Positions 1 to 9,555 of a stretch of 55,997 bases of DNA are shown here, one piece after another; within the stretch, counting starts at the first letter, position 1, and every line of letters starts with the position of its first letter. The position numbers and the translations under genes are program-made. The notes beneath the pieces were generated by a model. That model was not told the DNA's origin and searched no databases. It was given only the letters and a program-made list of their open reading frames with translations. The stretch covers positions 1-55,997 of IMG/VR virus record IMGVR_UViG_3300030330_001659; one strand, given 5' to 3'. This stretch comes from a virus. Taxonomy: Duplodnaviria; Caudoviricetes.

Positions 1-98
1 CAACTGGTGGTGGTCATGGTGCTAGACAAGCAAATCGAAAGAGAATATCAAACACTGTTAATCCAAATGGTAGTGGAGGAAAGGGTGGTGGAGATGAT
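1..98 (+). repeat. Terminal direct repeat, left copy (assembly circular overlap)
   Basis: 1-98 is identical to 55899-55996; base 99 (g) differs from 55997 (a). Confidence 0.95.
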
Positions 99-599
99 GG
101 TGGCTCTGGTGGAGGTGGACAGTCTGGTGGTTATAACCCTGATAGATGGAACGCTGCAGGTAGTGGGATATCTGGACAAGGTAATAGAGGAGGGCATGGT
201 TCTAGATCTAGTGGCCCGGGTTTTTCATCCTACCACGGAGGAGGTGGTGGCGGTGGCGGCGCAGGAAGTGTAGGCGAAGGTCACATATTTAATTTAACTA
301 ATGATGTTAGAGATGGTGGTTCTGGCTCATCATCAGGAAATGCAAACTACAATGGAGCTACAAGAGCTGGTGGAGGTGGTGGTGGTACAGATGAAAACTT
401 AACTGCAGGTGGCTCTGGTCAGGCAGGAGGTGGCGCAGGTGGTGCAAGACATGGTTCAGGCTCTTACTACAATGGCTCATCAGCATCAGGTAACACAGGT
501 AGTGGTGGTGGAGGTGCAGGAGGCACATACTCTGGTTCAGCAAGTGGTGGCTCTGGTGGTTCTGGAATAGTAGTATTGCGATATCAATATCAAGGATAG
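3..599 (+). CDS. 3' part of a glycine-rich tail-tip/adhesin-like protein (continues from 55394 across the join; ~367 aa total)
   Basis: The frame starting at base 3 is open to TAG 597-599, with GGGG tracts ending GGSGGSGIVVLRYQYQG; it is in frame with the ORF starting at 55394. Confidence 0.85.
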   Translation, partial: TGGGHGARQANRKRISNTVNPNGSGGKGGGDDGGSGGGGQSGGYNPDRWNAAGSGISGQGNRGGHGSRSSGPGFSSYHGGGGGGGGAGSVGEGHIFNLTNDVRDGGSGSSSGNANYNGATRAGGGGGGTDENLTAGGSGQAGGGAGGARHGSGSYYNGSSASGNTGSGGGGAGGTYSGSASGGSGGSGIVVLRYQYQG

Positions 600-604
600 T
601 TAAT

Positions 605-1036
605 ATGGGACATTGGGCAAAAATAGATAATAACAATATTGTTAAAGAAGTTATTGTTATTAAAGAATCTGAATTGGATACTGGCAACTGGGGTGATAAA
701 TCCAAGTGGATAAAGACTAGTTATAATACTTTTGAAGGCAAACATTATGTACCTAAAGACCATCAAGATTGGTCTGAAGAAAGTGCTGACCAAAGCAAAG
801 CATTACGATTTAGATATGCTGGTATTGGTATGTATTATGATGCAACAAATGATGTTTTTTATGAACAGAAACCTTTTGCAAGTTGGACATTAAATAAAAC
901 AGCATGGATATGGGAAGCTCCTATTGCTTATCCAGCTTTGACGCAAGAACAAATAGATGCAAGAAACTATTACACTTGGGATGAAGATGCTTATCAAGCT
1001 GATAACACACAAGGGTGGGTACTAACAAATGGATAA
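605..1036 (+). CDS. Tail-associated conserved phage protein (possible tail fibre assembly factor)
   Basis: 143 aa; the MGHWAKIDNNNIV...WIKTSYN...RYAGIG...WEAP pattern typically follows Gly-rich tail genes in aquatic phages. Confidence 0.65.
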   Translation: MGHWAKIDNNNIVKEVIVIKESELDTGNWGDKSKWIKTSYNTFEGKHYVPKDHQDWSEESADQSKALRFRYAGIGMYYDATNDVFYEQKPFASWTLNKTAWIWEAPIAYPALTQEQIDARNYYTWDEDAYQADNTQGWVLTNG

Positions 1037-1193
1037 CAATCAAGTACAACAAGTATTAACAGATATGGCTGTTATGCACACACGCATGCAGTCTTTAGAA
1101 AAACGTTTACATAGATTAGAAATGATATTAATCGCTTTAATAGGTGGTTATGTCGCATTTACAATAAGTATATTCACACAAATAATGCAATAA
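1029..1193 (+). CDS. Small coiled-coil plus C-terminal TM protein (XhlA/holin-like), 54 aa
   Basis: Hand-translated: MDNNQVQQVLTDMAVMHTRMQSLEKRLHRLEMILIALIGGYVAFTISIFTQIMQ; overlaps the upstream stop. Confidence 0.6.
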   Translation: MDNNQVQQVLTDMAVMHTRMQSLEKRLHRLEMILIALIGGYVAFTISIFTQIMQ

Positions 1194-1205
1194 GAAAGGA
1201 CCGAG

Positions 1206-1448
1206 ATGGAGTCAATAGCAGTATTTATTATTTATGCAGTTATAAACTTTGGAGATGTAATTATTACGCAAGAATTTAAACCTATACAGTTTAAAGATAA
1301 AGCAAAATGCGAAGCGTATTTACATCTCAATGCTGAAGCTATTAACATGAGTTTAATAGATCACTTTGAAACTTTAGGAAGACCTAAGTCTACAGTATTA
1401 GAAGTTGGCTGCTTGGATAAAACCCGTTTTGTATGGGAAGAAACCTAA
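1206..1448 (+). CDS. Hypothetical protein
   Basis: 80 aa, AAGGA RBS, hydrophobic N-terminus, two Cys. Confidence 0.7.
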   Translation: MESIAVFIIYAVINFGDVIITQEFKPIQFKDKAKCEAYLHLNAEAINMSLIDHFETLGRPKSTVLEVGCLDKTRFVWEET

Positions 1449-1460
1449 AGGAAAACAAGC

Positions 1461-1961
1461 ATGGATCCAGTAACGATTAGCGCAGCAATAGGCGTAGCAA
1501 GTACAGCATTTAATGGAATTAAAAGAGCCTTTGCGGCAGGTCGTGATTTAGAAGCTATGAGTCAAGATCTGTCTAGATGGATGGGTGCAGTATCAGATGT
1601 AGATGCAGCACATAAGGCTGCTAAGAATCCTACAATGTTTCGTAAAGTATTAGGTGGTGGATCCATAGAACAAGAAGCAATAGAAGCTTTTACAGCTAAA
1701 AAGAAATTAGAAGAACAACGCTACGAACTACAGCAGTTTATAAAGTTTACGCATGGTACGGCAGCTTGGGACGACTTATTAAGAATGGAAGGACAGATAC
1801 GTAAACGCAGACAAAAAGAAATTTACGATAAAAAAATATTTAGAGAAAAGGTTATTGGATATGTCGCGCTTACAGTGGTTATTATTGTTGGTATTTGTGC
1901 TTTGGTGCTGTTTACTACTACCCTTGTGGGGGTCGACAGAGGATGGTGGATATCGAACTAG
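1461..1961 (+). CDS. Conserved phage membrane protein
   Basis: 166 aa, MDPVT start, coiled coil, C-terminal TM helix, RBS present. Confidence 0.75.
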   Translation: MDPVTISAAIGVASTAFNGIKRAFAAGRDLEAMSQDLSRWMGAVSDVDAAHKAAKNPTMFRKVLGGGSIEQEAIEAFTAKKKLEEQRYELQQFIKFTHGTAAWDDLLRMEGQIRKRRQKEIYDKKIFREKVIGYVALTVVIIVGICALVLFTTTLVGVDRGWWISN

Positions 1962-2346
1962 AGATAAATGTGTACGTAAACAAGGTGGACAAGAAACTTT
2001 TGAGTGGCTTTGCACCAACGGTAAGGTTATATACATAGCACAATCAGATAACATTAAACAGTGTTTTACTTGCTTTCTTAAAAAGTTTAGTGACTGGACA
2101 TGGGAACAAGAAAAACGTTTAGGTATACGAGAAGATCCTAAATACATTACCTGTCGTAGATATAAGAGAAAGCAAGCTAAAAATGGACAGCAAGTTTGTT
2201 TATACAAAGGTGCTAATGATACGTATACATTAGTTGTTGAGGGTCAGTGTCCTACAGAATACAGATGCAAGTATGATCCTAACGGAAAAGAGCCTAATAT
2301 AGATAGCGTAGTTGATTCATTAAACGATAGTTTTAAGAGAAAGTAA
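1855..2346 (+). CDS. Cys-rich putative exported protein (start uncertain)
   Basis: Signal-peptide-like N-terminus and multiple Cys; overlaps the 3' end of the previous gene. Confidence 0.55.
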   Translation: MDMSRLQWLLLLVFVLWCCLLLPLWGSTEDGGYRTRDKCVRKQGGQETFEWLCTNGKVIYIAQSDNIKQCFTCFLKKFSDWTWEQEKRLGIREDPKYITCRRYKRKQAKNGQQVCLYKGANDTYTLVVEGQCPTEYRCKYDPNGKEPNIDSVVDSLNDSFKRK

Positions 2347-2347
2347 T

Positions 2348-2746
2348 ATGGTATTAAATAATTTAATAGGACCTGTAACTGGGTTGTTAGATAAGTTTAT
2401 AGAAGATAAAGATCAGAAAGCAGCATTAGCACATGAGATAGCTACAATGGGCGCAAAGCATGCACAAGAGTTAGCTATATCACAAATAGAAGTTAACAAA
2501 GCTGAAGCAGCTAGCGGATCGTTTTTTAAAGGTGGTTGGCGTCCTTTTATAGGATGGGTATGTGGATTAGCTTTTGCATATCATTTTATATTACAACCTT
2601 TGTTAGTGTTTATATTAGCTACATTTAGTATAGCATTACCTGATTTACCTGAGTTTGATATGGGTACATTGTTACCTATATTAGGTGGCATGTTAGGTAT
2701 AGGTGGTTTACGTACATATGAAAAACAAAAAGGATTAACTAAATGA
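2348..2746 (+). CDS. Holin, GTA 3TM holin family
   Basis: GWRPFIGWVCG and GMLGIGGLRTYEK motifs; TM helices. Confidence 0.85.
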   Translation: MVLNNLIGPVTGLLDKFIEDKDQKAALAHEIATMGAKHAQELAISQIEVNKAEAASGSFFKGGWRPFIGWVCGLAFAYHFILQPLLVFILATFSIALPDLPEFDMGTLLPILGGMLGIGGLRTYEKQKGLTK

Positions 2747-2877
2747 AAAAAGGATTATGGGCTAATATACATGCTAAGCGTAAGCGTGGTGAAAAGATGC
2801 GTAAGAAAGGTGCAAAAGGTGCACCTACAGCTGCAGCAATGGCAACTGCACAGCGTAGTAAAAAGAAGAAGAAGTAG
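2743..2877 (+). CDS. Small highly basic protein, 44 aa
   Basis: Hand-translated MKKGLWANIHAKRKRGEKMRKKGAKGAPT...KKKKK; overlaps the holin stop. Confidence 0.75.
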   Translation: MKKGLWANIHAKRKRGEKMRKKGAKGAPTAAAMATAQRSKKKKK

Positions 2878-2893
2878 TGTCTCCTATTAGAGA
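2878..2893 (+). promoter_or_regulatory. Candidate phage-RNAP promoter (linear class) upstream of nrdJ and the tail/ejection module
   Basis: TGTCTCCTATTAGAGA; one of 4 intergenic copies of TGYCYCCTATTAGAGA, all oriented with the downstream genes. Confidence 0.8.
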
Positions 2894-2920
2894 TAAATAA
2901 TATACTATTAGGAGATAAAA

Positions 2921-4657
2921 ATGCAGCCGTATCAAGGACCTACAAAGCCAATATCTATAGAAATAGATAAGATGAAATACTGCCAGACTGACGAAACATT
3001 TGATGAAAAGGTTTCTAGAATAGCCAGAACTTTAGCAGATGATAAAGGGCATAAAGATAATCTAAAAGATATATTAGGCAATATGAGGTTCTTACCTGCT
3101 GGTAGAGTACAGTCTGCAATAGGAAGCAGTCGAATAACTACAGCTTACAACTGCTTTGTATCAGGAACTATAGAAGATAGTATGAATACAATAATGGAGA
3201 AAGCAAGTGAAGCAGCTGAAACAATGCGCAGAGGTGGTGGGATTGGCTACGACTTCTCAAAGATCAGGCCCAGAGGCGATAAGATTAAATCGCTCGATAG
3301 CCAAGCTAGTGGTCCAGTATCCTTTATGGGCATCTTTGATTCTATCTGTCAGACCATCGCTAGTTCGGGACACAGACGCGGGGCGCAGATGGGTGTCCTC
3401 AGGGTCGACCATCCGGACATTGAGGAATTCGTTAGTGCTAAACGTAATTCTGATCGTCTTACTGGTTTTAATATTAGTGTAGGTATAACTGATAAGTTTA
3501 TGGAAGCTCTTACTAACCCTAACGATAATTCTTTTGATTTAGTGTTTGAGCATAAAGTATATAAAACCATATGCGCTAAAAAGCTATGGGATCAGATTAT
3601 GGAATCTACATGGGACTGGGCAGAGCCTGGTGTGTTGTTTGTAGATCGTATAGCTGAAATGAATAACCTACACTATTGTGAAGAAATAGTAGCAACAAAT
3701 CCTTGTGGTGAACAACCTTTGCCACCATATGGAGCTTGCTTGTTAGGTAGCTTTAACTTAACAAAGTATGTTGTTGAAAGTGAAATAAATATGTTTGACT
3801 TTGATCAGTTTAAAAAGGATATACCTAATGTTGTAAGAGCTATGGATAATGTTATCGATAGAACTATATATCCATTAAAGCAACAATCTGATGAAGCAAA
3901 GGATAAGAGGCGTATGGGGTTAGGCGTGACCGGTCTCGCTAACGCAGGCGAAATGCTTGGGTTACCCTATGCGTCCGAAGGATTTATGGCATGGGCAGAA
4001 AAAGTATTTGCTTGCCTTAGAGATAACTGCTATAAAGCTTCTGCATTATTAGCTAAAGAAAAAGGACCTTTCCCTTTATACAGAGAGGAATATTTAAAGT
4101 CAAACTTTATAAGAAGTTTACCACAATCAGTAAAGAAGTTGATAAGAGAACATGGGATTAGAAACTCGCACCTTACTTCTATCGCTCCTACTGGCACTAT
4201 TAGCTTGGTCGCTGACAATGTGTCAGGAGGGATTGAGCCGGTATTTAGCCACTACTACGATAGAACAATACAAACATTCGAAGGACCTAAAGTTGAACGT
4301 GTAGAAGATTATGCATACGCTAAAGGCGTAGAAGGTAAAACAGCTAACGAAACAACAGTACAAGAGCACTTATCTGTTTTACTATTAGCTCAGCATTATG
4401 TAGATAGTGCTTGTTCTAAAACTTGTAATGTAGGAGACGATGTTGGGTACGAGGAGTTTAAGCAAGTTTACGTGGATGCCTGGAAGGGTGGGGCGAAAGG
4501 ATGTACAACGTTCCGACTCAGTGGTAAACGATACGGAGTACTTACGACCGTGGAAGAGGAAAAGAAAGATACGGCTGAGATTCAATCAATTCAAGAAGAA
4601 GATAAAGTCGAAGCGTGCTTTGTGGATCCGCAGACTGGGATTCGCGAATGCGCTTAA
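2921..4657 (+). CDS. nrdJ: Class II (adenosylcobalamin-dependent) ribonucleotide reductase
   Basis: FLPAGR, NCFV, RRGAQMG, TNPCGEQ and TSIAPTGT motifs; 578 aa without an ATP cone; no NrdB beta subunit in the genome. Confidence 0.9.
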   Translation: MQPYQGPTKPISIEIDKMKYCQTDETFDEKVSRIARTLADDKGHKDNLKDILGNMRFLPAGRVQSAIGSSRITTAYNCFVSGTIEDSMNTIMEKASEAAETMRRGGGIGYDFSKIRPRGDKIKSLDSQASGPVSFMGIFDSICQTIASSGHRRGAQMGVLRVDHPDIEEFVSAKRNSDRLTGFNISVGITDKFMEALTNPNDNSFDLVFEHKVYKTICAKKLWDQIMESTWDWAEPGVLFVDRIAEMNNLHYCEEIVATNPCGEQPLPPYGACLLGSFNLTKYVVESEINMFDFDQFKKDIPNVVRAMDNVIDRTIYPLKQQSDEAKDKRRMGLGVTGLANAGEMLGLPYASEGFMAWAEKVFACLRDNCYKASALLAKEKGPFPLYREEYLKSNFIRSLPQSVKKLIREHGIRNSHLTSIAPTGTISLVADNVSGGIEPVFSHYYDRTIQTFEGPKVERVEDYAYAKGVEGKTANETTVQEHLSVLLLAQHYVDSACSKTCNVGDDVGYEEFKQVYVDAWKGGAKGCTTFRLSGKRYGVLTTVEEEKKDTAEIQSIQEEDKVEACFVDPQTGIRECA

Positions 4658-4669
4658 TAGGAGATAACT

Positions 4670-7600
4670 ATGGCAGAAGATCTAAACATTGTCGATATAG
4701 CCAGTAAAGGTGTTGTTAAAGATACTCCGCCTATCGCTTTAGCACCTAATATATTTACTGACGTACGTAATGTTAGATTTAAAGATGGTGCCATAAGAAA
4801 AATGGAAGGAGAGCTGCTACTCAATAATATTGCAGATGAGTTAACAGGTTCATTGTCACATGGTAAGGTTAGATACTTTGCTGTGTGGCAAGATCCGAAC
4901 CTGCAACCTACTGGCTGCTATTATATATTTGTAGTAGACTTACTTAACAACAACATTATTGTAGGCCAAAAGGTTTACATACAGGATCATTTAGGAAATA
5001 AAAGAGACATAACTCCCTCTACTTTAAACAGTGGTAATGGTTTTACATTTAGCACTGATGGATGGATGCATACGTTATTCAATGGTGGTTTTACGTTTAT
5101 TATAAACAATGGGATAGAAAAGCCACATTATATAAAGGATACGCCAGGTAATACAAACATTAATAACATAGTATTAGCTGAGCTACCTGGTTGGGATAGT
5201 TATAACGTAGCACAAACAACTCACTCAGATACATTTTCTACAGGAGATAGTAATGTATTTGATTTAGGACAGAAAGTAGACTTTGCAGCTAATAGCATTA
5301 GTGTAACAGGGACGACTACAAAGAATGCACAGACAGGTAGTCCGGCTGGTAGTGGTACAGTAAATGGTACTAACTTTGTACCAGGAGCTTTGCCAGGATC
5401 TACACCATCTGTAACTGGTGACAACTTTCAAATATACACAGACGCATCTACTAATACTACTGTTATTGTAATAGGTAATTTAAGTAATGGCAATACAGTA
5501 ACAGTTAATGTTAACTCACGTAATCCTGTAAATGTACGATGTGGTGTACTAGAAGCGTTTGGTAACTTACTTGTTGCAGGTGATTTAACTGAAATAGATA
5601 CAAGTGGTAATACAATACGTAGACTATCAGGTGTTGTTAGAACCTCTGATGTTGCTGCGCCGGGTGCATTACCTATTAACTGGAATCCTTTTGAAGCTGG
5701 TGCTAGTACTGCTGACGAGTTTACATTATCTGAAACAAGTCAAATACAAGACATGAAGCCATTACAAGGTAACATGTACATATATGCTACAGACTCTATA
5801 CACGCTATGCGTCTTACAGGTAACGTAAATGTGCCTGTTAGTTTTGCACCTGTTACTGATGAGTATGGTGCTCTTACAAAAGGAGCGGTAAAAGAATATG
5901 ATGGTAAGCACTTTGTAGTAGGACGTAATGATATATACGTATTTCAAGGTAACCCATCTAACATACAAACATTATCAGGTGGTAGAGTACAAACATACTT
6001 CTTTGATAACTTAAACCCGATACACGAAAACCAATTGATGCTAATGCAAAATCATTTGGAAAATGAAATATGGGTTTGTTATCCTACACTAGATTCACTT
6101 GCTGGTGAACTGGATGAAGTATTAATATGGAACTATAGAGATAATACATGGACTATAAGAGACTTAAACGGTGTTATGTCAGGGGATATGGGACCTGTAA
6201 AAGGTGGTGGAGTACCTTCTGCTACCGTTGCGCTAACTGGCAACAGTGGTTCTTTTGGCTACACTAACAGAGGTAAAAAAGAAAGTGTTGCAGTAACAAT
6301 AAACGGTAAAACGCCTAGACGTACTGTAGGTACTAAAGCTAAAAAGACTATAGCTGTAGCTTCTTTTACTACGTTTCAAACAAACATAAGAGAAGTTATA
6401 GACCTTGCAATAACAGGAGATACAGGACCTAATGTTGTTAATCAAATAACTACATTAACTTTTCCTTCATCTGCTACTTTTACATATGATAGAACTCAAA
6501 GCAATCACCTTGATGGTGGAGCTAGTGCTGTTATAAAAGGTAGCGCTTCACATGGTATAGGTGATGTTAGTTTTCCAGCTGTTGTTATACTAGGTAATAA
6601 TCACAATAATGGCGCAACTATTAACATGACTACATTTGTTGCTGCTATAAGAGACTACATTAATGGTAACAACGCGTTATCAGATTTTACTGCAACAGCT
6701 AGCACAAACGTGTTAACCCTAACTTCAGACGTACCAGGACCAAGAACATTTAATACTAGTACATTTGCTATAAGTGGTGGTTCTACAAGTAACCTTACAA
6801 CTAACGTTACAACTACTGGTGTAGGTGTGTATGGTGTTGCTGCTAACATAAGTCCTGCTATATCTATGAGGCTACAGTCTTCTGAAGCTTCAGGTATACA
6901 TGCAGCTATAGATCAAACAATCATATTAGCTAAAAACAAAACTGCGGCAGCAGATATAAGAGACGACATAATAACTAAATTACAAGCATTGAGTCAATTT
7001 AATGGAAACAGTAGTTCTATTTATAGTGTTTCAGCTAGTGGTAATAACGTTAGACTTACCTCTAGGATAGGAGCAAATCATAATCCTATAACAGTTACGT
7101 TCTTAACATCCTCCGGTGGTACAAACTATTCTGAAACAGATTTTGGTGGTAACTTAAATAGTAGTGTAACAGTTAGTACTGCTGGAGTAGATAACAGTCA
7201 GAAAGTTATAACACTTACTGTGACGTTTCCAGATGGCAGTACACAAAGTAAGGTATTAGATGGACAGTTTACAAGAGCTAATATTGTTACTGAAGTTGCG
7301 GGACTTATAACTTCAGGTTCAGGGTTTACAACAGCTACAGCTACTGGTTTAGTTACAGCTACATCTACAAGCGTAGGTATAATCTCAAACAACTTTAGTG
7401 TGGCTCTAACATGCGCTGGGTCATTACCGGCAGGCTTTAGTAATAGTACGTTCACAGCAGCTCAAACGCGCGCTGGTGTGGCCGCTGCAAGCACTACAGA
7501 TACTGTTACATTAACACCACCTTTAGGTAATGCTATAACAGTTAACTTTAATGATTTGTCTGCTTATCCTGCTTTTGATCCTGATGGATCACAAACTACA

Positions 7601-8920
7601 GCTGAAGTAACTGCTATACAAATTGCTACAGCTTTACAAGCAGCACATACAGATACTACACATTTTACAGTCACAAGAAATAATGCTGTACTAACATTTT
7701 TAGCTACAAGTAGAAAAGCTATATCTGGTAACTTTGCATATACTATTACTGAAGGTGCTTCAAGAACAGGTACATTACTAACTGGACTAATAACTAATTC
7801 TACAGGTAGTGATATAGCCACAACAGAAGGGGTAGATATTGCCTATGCTAGAGGGACCCGCGTTACTCTTAGTGCAAATACTGCTAGCGGCAGTAGCGTG
7901 CTATTTGATAAGCATTATGGTGAAGGGCCTGGACGACTCTTAGATCCTTCATTTACAAAAGCAGCAAATGATAATGATTATGGTGAAACAAGTCATAGTA
8001 GTAATTCAGCTTACTTAGCTGCTTATTATAACACTGATGCAACTCAAAATAGTACAGAACTTGCTAAACCTAATGGTGGTGTACAGGCTATGCAGCAGGC
8101 ACTATTAGATATATTAACTGCTTTAACTAACAACGCGTTATTATCTTTAACACCTGACAGTTCTAGTAGTCCTACTAACATAGTTATTAGTCCTAGTCAA
8201 TTTAGTTCTACTGCTAATTTTATTACAGCTTTTGCGCCAGTAACAGAGGTTGTAGCTAGTAGAGTAGCACCAACAACTACAAATCTTACTAATGCTGCAG
8301 AAGGTACTGCTGTTTCTGATTCTGCTCCTACGTTTAGTACAAGTGGTACAAGTATAAGTACAACTTTTGATATTATAAGACCATGGGAGTCAACTAAAAT
8401 AAATGCCACTAAAATATATCCTATACTTTTACAATCTGAAACTGCTTCTAATGGTGATATTACTAATAGGATACGCGTTGCAGATTTAGGATTTACTTTT
8501 GCTGGCACTAATTATGTATCTTACTTTGAAAGAATAGAGCTATCTATTAGTCCTACATTTGATACTGAGCAAGTAAACAGCATGGCACTATGGGCTGATG
8601 GTGGTAGTATTGAAACTGTAGGTGGTGAGCCTGTAAGAGCTACATTACGTATAAGAGCTAGAGCTACTAATAACCCAGGTCAGCTATCGTACTTAACTGT
8701 AGCAGAAGATAATACTCAAAGTAATGCTAAAGCTAATAAGCTTGTTATTAACGATTTTGGTGTTGCTAGTAATTATAAATCAGATATGCGAGTATTTGGT
8801 CGATTAATTAATTATAGAATCGATGATGCACAAGCATCAAATGCTAACACAGCTGCTAATAACAAAGCTTGGAACGTATCTGGTTTACAACTAGATGTTA
8901 AGAAAGGAGGTAAGCGCTAA
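4670..8920 (+). CDS. Tail nozzle/tubular protein B-like (stabilisation protein) with a large Ser/Thr-rich insertion
   Basis: 1416 aa; N-terminal NVRF, beta-propeller-like EIWVCYP...LIWNYRDNTW segment and C-terminal GR..NYRI; sits before the ejection genes. Confidence 0.7.
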   Translation: MAEDLNIVDIASKGVVKDTPPIALAPNIFTDVRNVRFKDGAIRKMEGELLLNNIADELTGSLSHGKVRYFAVWQDPNLQPTGCYYIFVVDLLNNNIIVGQKVYIQDHLGNKRDITPSTLNSGNGFTFSTDGWMHTLFNGGFTFIINNGIEKPHYIKDTPGNTNINNIVLAELPGWDSYNVAQTTHSDTFSTGDSNVFDLGQKVDFAANSISVTGTTTKNAQTGSPAGSGTVNGTNFVPGALPGSTPSVTGDNFQIYTDASTNTTVIVIGNLSNGNTVTVNVNSRNPVNVRCGVLEAFGNLLVAGDLTEIDTSGNTIRRLSGVVRTSDVAAPGALPINWNPFEAGASTADEFTLSETSQIQDMKPLQGNMYIYATDSIHAMRLTGNVNVPVSFAPVTDEYGALTKGAVKEYDGKHFVVGRNDIYVFQGNPSNIQTLSGGRVQTYFFDNLNPIHENQLMLMQNHLENEIWVCYPTLDSLAGELDEVLIWNYRDNTWTIRDLNGVMSGDMGPVKGGGVPSATVALTGNSGSFGYTNRGKKESVAVTINGKTPRRTVGTKAKKTIAVASFTTFQTNIREVIDLAITGDTGPNVVNQITTLTFPSSATFTYDRTQSNHLDGGASAVIKGSASHGIGDVSFPAVVILGNNHNNGATINMTTFVAAIRDYINGNNALSDFTATASTNVLTLTSDVPGPRTFNTSTFAISGGSTSNLTTNVTTTGVGVYGVAANISPAISMRLQSSEASGIHAAIDQTIILAKNKTAAADIRDDIITKLQALSQFNGNSSSIYSVSASGNNVRLTSRIGANHNPITVTFLTSSGGTNYSETDFGGNLNSSVTVSTAGVDNSQKVITLTVTFPDGSTQSKVLDGQFTRANIVTEVAGLITSGSGFTTATATGLVTATSTSVGIISNNFSVALTCAGSLPAGFSNSTFTAAQTRAGVAAASTTDTVTLTPPLGNAITVNFNDLSAYPAFDPDGSQTTAEVTAIQIATALQAAHTDTTHFTVTRNNAVLTFLATSRKAISGNFAYTITEGASRTGTLLTGLITNSTGSDIATTEGVDIAYARGTRVTLSANTASGSSVLFDKHYGEGPGRLLDPSFTKAANDNDYGETSHSSNSAYLAAYYNTDATQNSTELAKPNGGVQAMQQALLDILTALTNNALLSLTPDSSSSPTNIVISPSQFSSTANFITAFAPVTEVVASRVAPTTTNLTNAAEGTAVSDSAPTFSTSGTSISTTFDIIRPWESTKINATKIYPILLQSETASNGDITNRIRVADLGFTFAGTNYVSYFERIELSISPTFDTEQVNSMALWADGGSIETVGGEPVRATLRIRARATNNPGQLSYLTVAEDNTQSNAKANKLVINDFGVASNYKSDMRVFGRLINYRIDDAQASNANTAANNKAWNVSGLQLDVKKGGKR

Positions 8921-9087
8921 TGAGTATTAGTAATCCTCCTAGCACAGGAGATGCTAACTTAGACTTTACATTATTAGAGTTAATTAGAGCACTTAACGAA
9001 AGGCAAGAAGAACATTTAAAGCTATTGGCAGACATTAGAGCTGCCAGTAGTCTTGCAGACCTTAAGGAAAGGATAGACGAAAAATGA
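8920..9087 (+). CDS. Small hypothetical protein, 55 aa
   Basis: Hand-translated MSISNPPSTGDANLDFTLLELIRAL...; strong AGGAGG RBS; start and stop overlap both neighbours. Confidence 0.75.
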   Translation: MSISNPPSTGDANLDFTLLELIRALNERQEEHLKLLADIRAASSLADLKERIDEK

Positions 9088-9554
9088 TAAGAGCTATAGG
9101 CCAAAATGATGTTTTGGAAGCCATATTATTAATGAATAAATCTAATGAACAAAATGACTATAAAGGTATTGAGCGTAACCAAAATACCTGGATACGTTTC
9201 TTTTGTAATTTAGTAGATAAGCAAAGTAAAAAAGATCCTAATGCTTTAGTACTAGGATATTATGATAACGATTTAAAAGGGTTTTTAGCTGCATCAACAT
9301 ACGTAAACTACTATAACAACAAAGCAGTTATGGATGTTAATGATTGTATTGTAGATAAAAACTATAGGTTAAATGGTAAAGTAGTACATGAGTTATTTAC
9401 TCATATGATAGACCATACTAAAGAACATGGTGGTAAGTACTGGCGAGCAGACTCAGTACAACCATATGACGATGCTTTACGTTATGGTAAATTTTTAAAA
9501 AAACGTTTTAATGGTAATTTATATATTTCTGTTAGAGGAAAAATAGGAGATTAA
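9084..9554 (+). CDS. GNAT-fold acetyltransferase-like virion assembly protein
   Basis: MIRAI..ND start and IVDKNYRLNGK motif-A-like segment; usual position before podovirus ejection genes. Confidence 0.6.
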   Translation: MIRAIGQNDVLEAILLMNKSNEQNDYKGIERNQNTWIRFFCNLVDKQSKKDPNALVLGYYDNDLKGFLAASTYVNYYNNKAVMDVNDCIVDKNYRLNGKVVHELFTHMIDHTKEHGGKYWRADSVQPYDDALRYGKFLKKRFNGNLYISVRGKIGD

Positions 9555-9555
9555 T

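Noticed and set aside
1-98. 98-bp end repeat as a biological terminal repeat
   Set aside because: It lies in the middle of a tail gene and has a k-mer-like length; best explained as assembly overlap.
7-273. ORF-track 88-aa ORF, and the minus ORFs at 358-705 and 590-793
   Set aside because: These are alternate frames of the Gly-rich gene (frame starting at base 3) and its neighbour.
4653-4668. Minus-strand TCTCCTATTAAG resembling the linear promoter
   Set aside because: It is the complement of stop codons plus the AGGAG RBS, lacks the TG and AGAGA ends, and faces against gene direction.
5221-8508. Multiple minus-strand ORFs inside the nozzle gene, and similar ones in other long genes
   Set aside because: Antisense shadows produced by codon bias; no RBS and no recognisable motifs.
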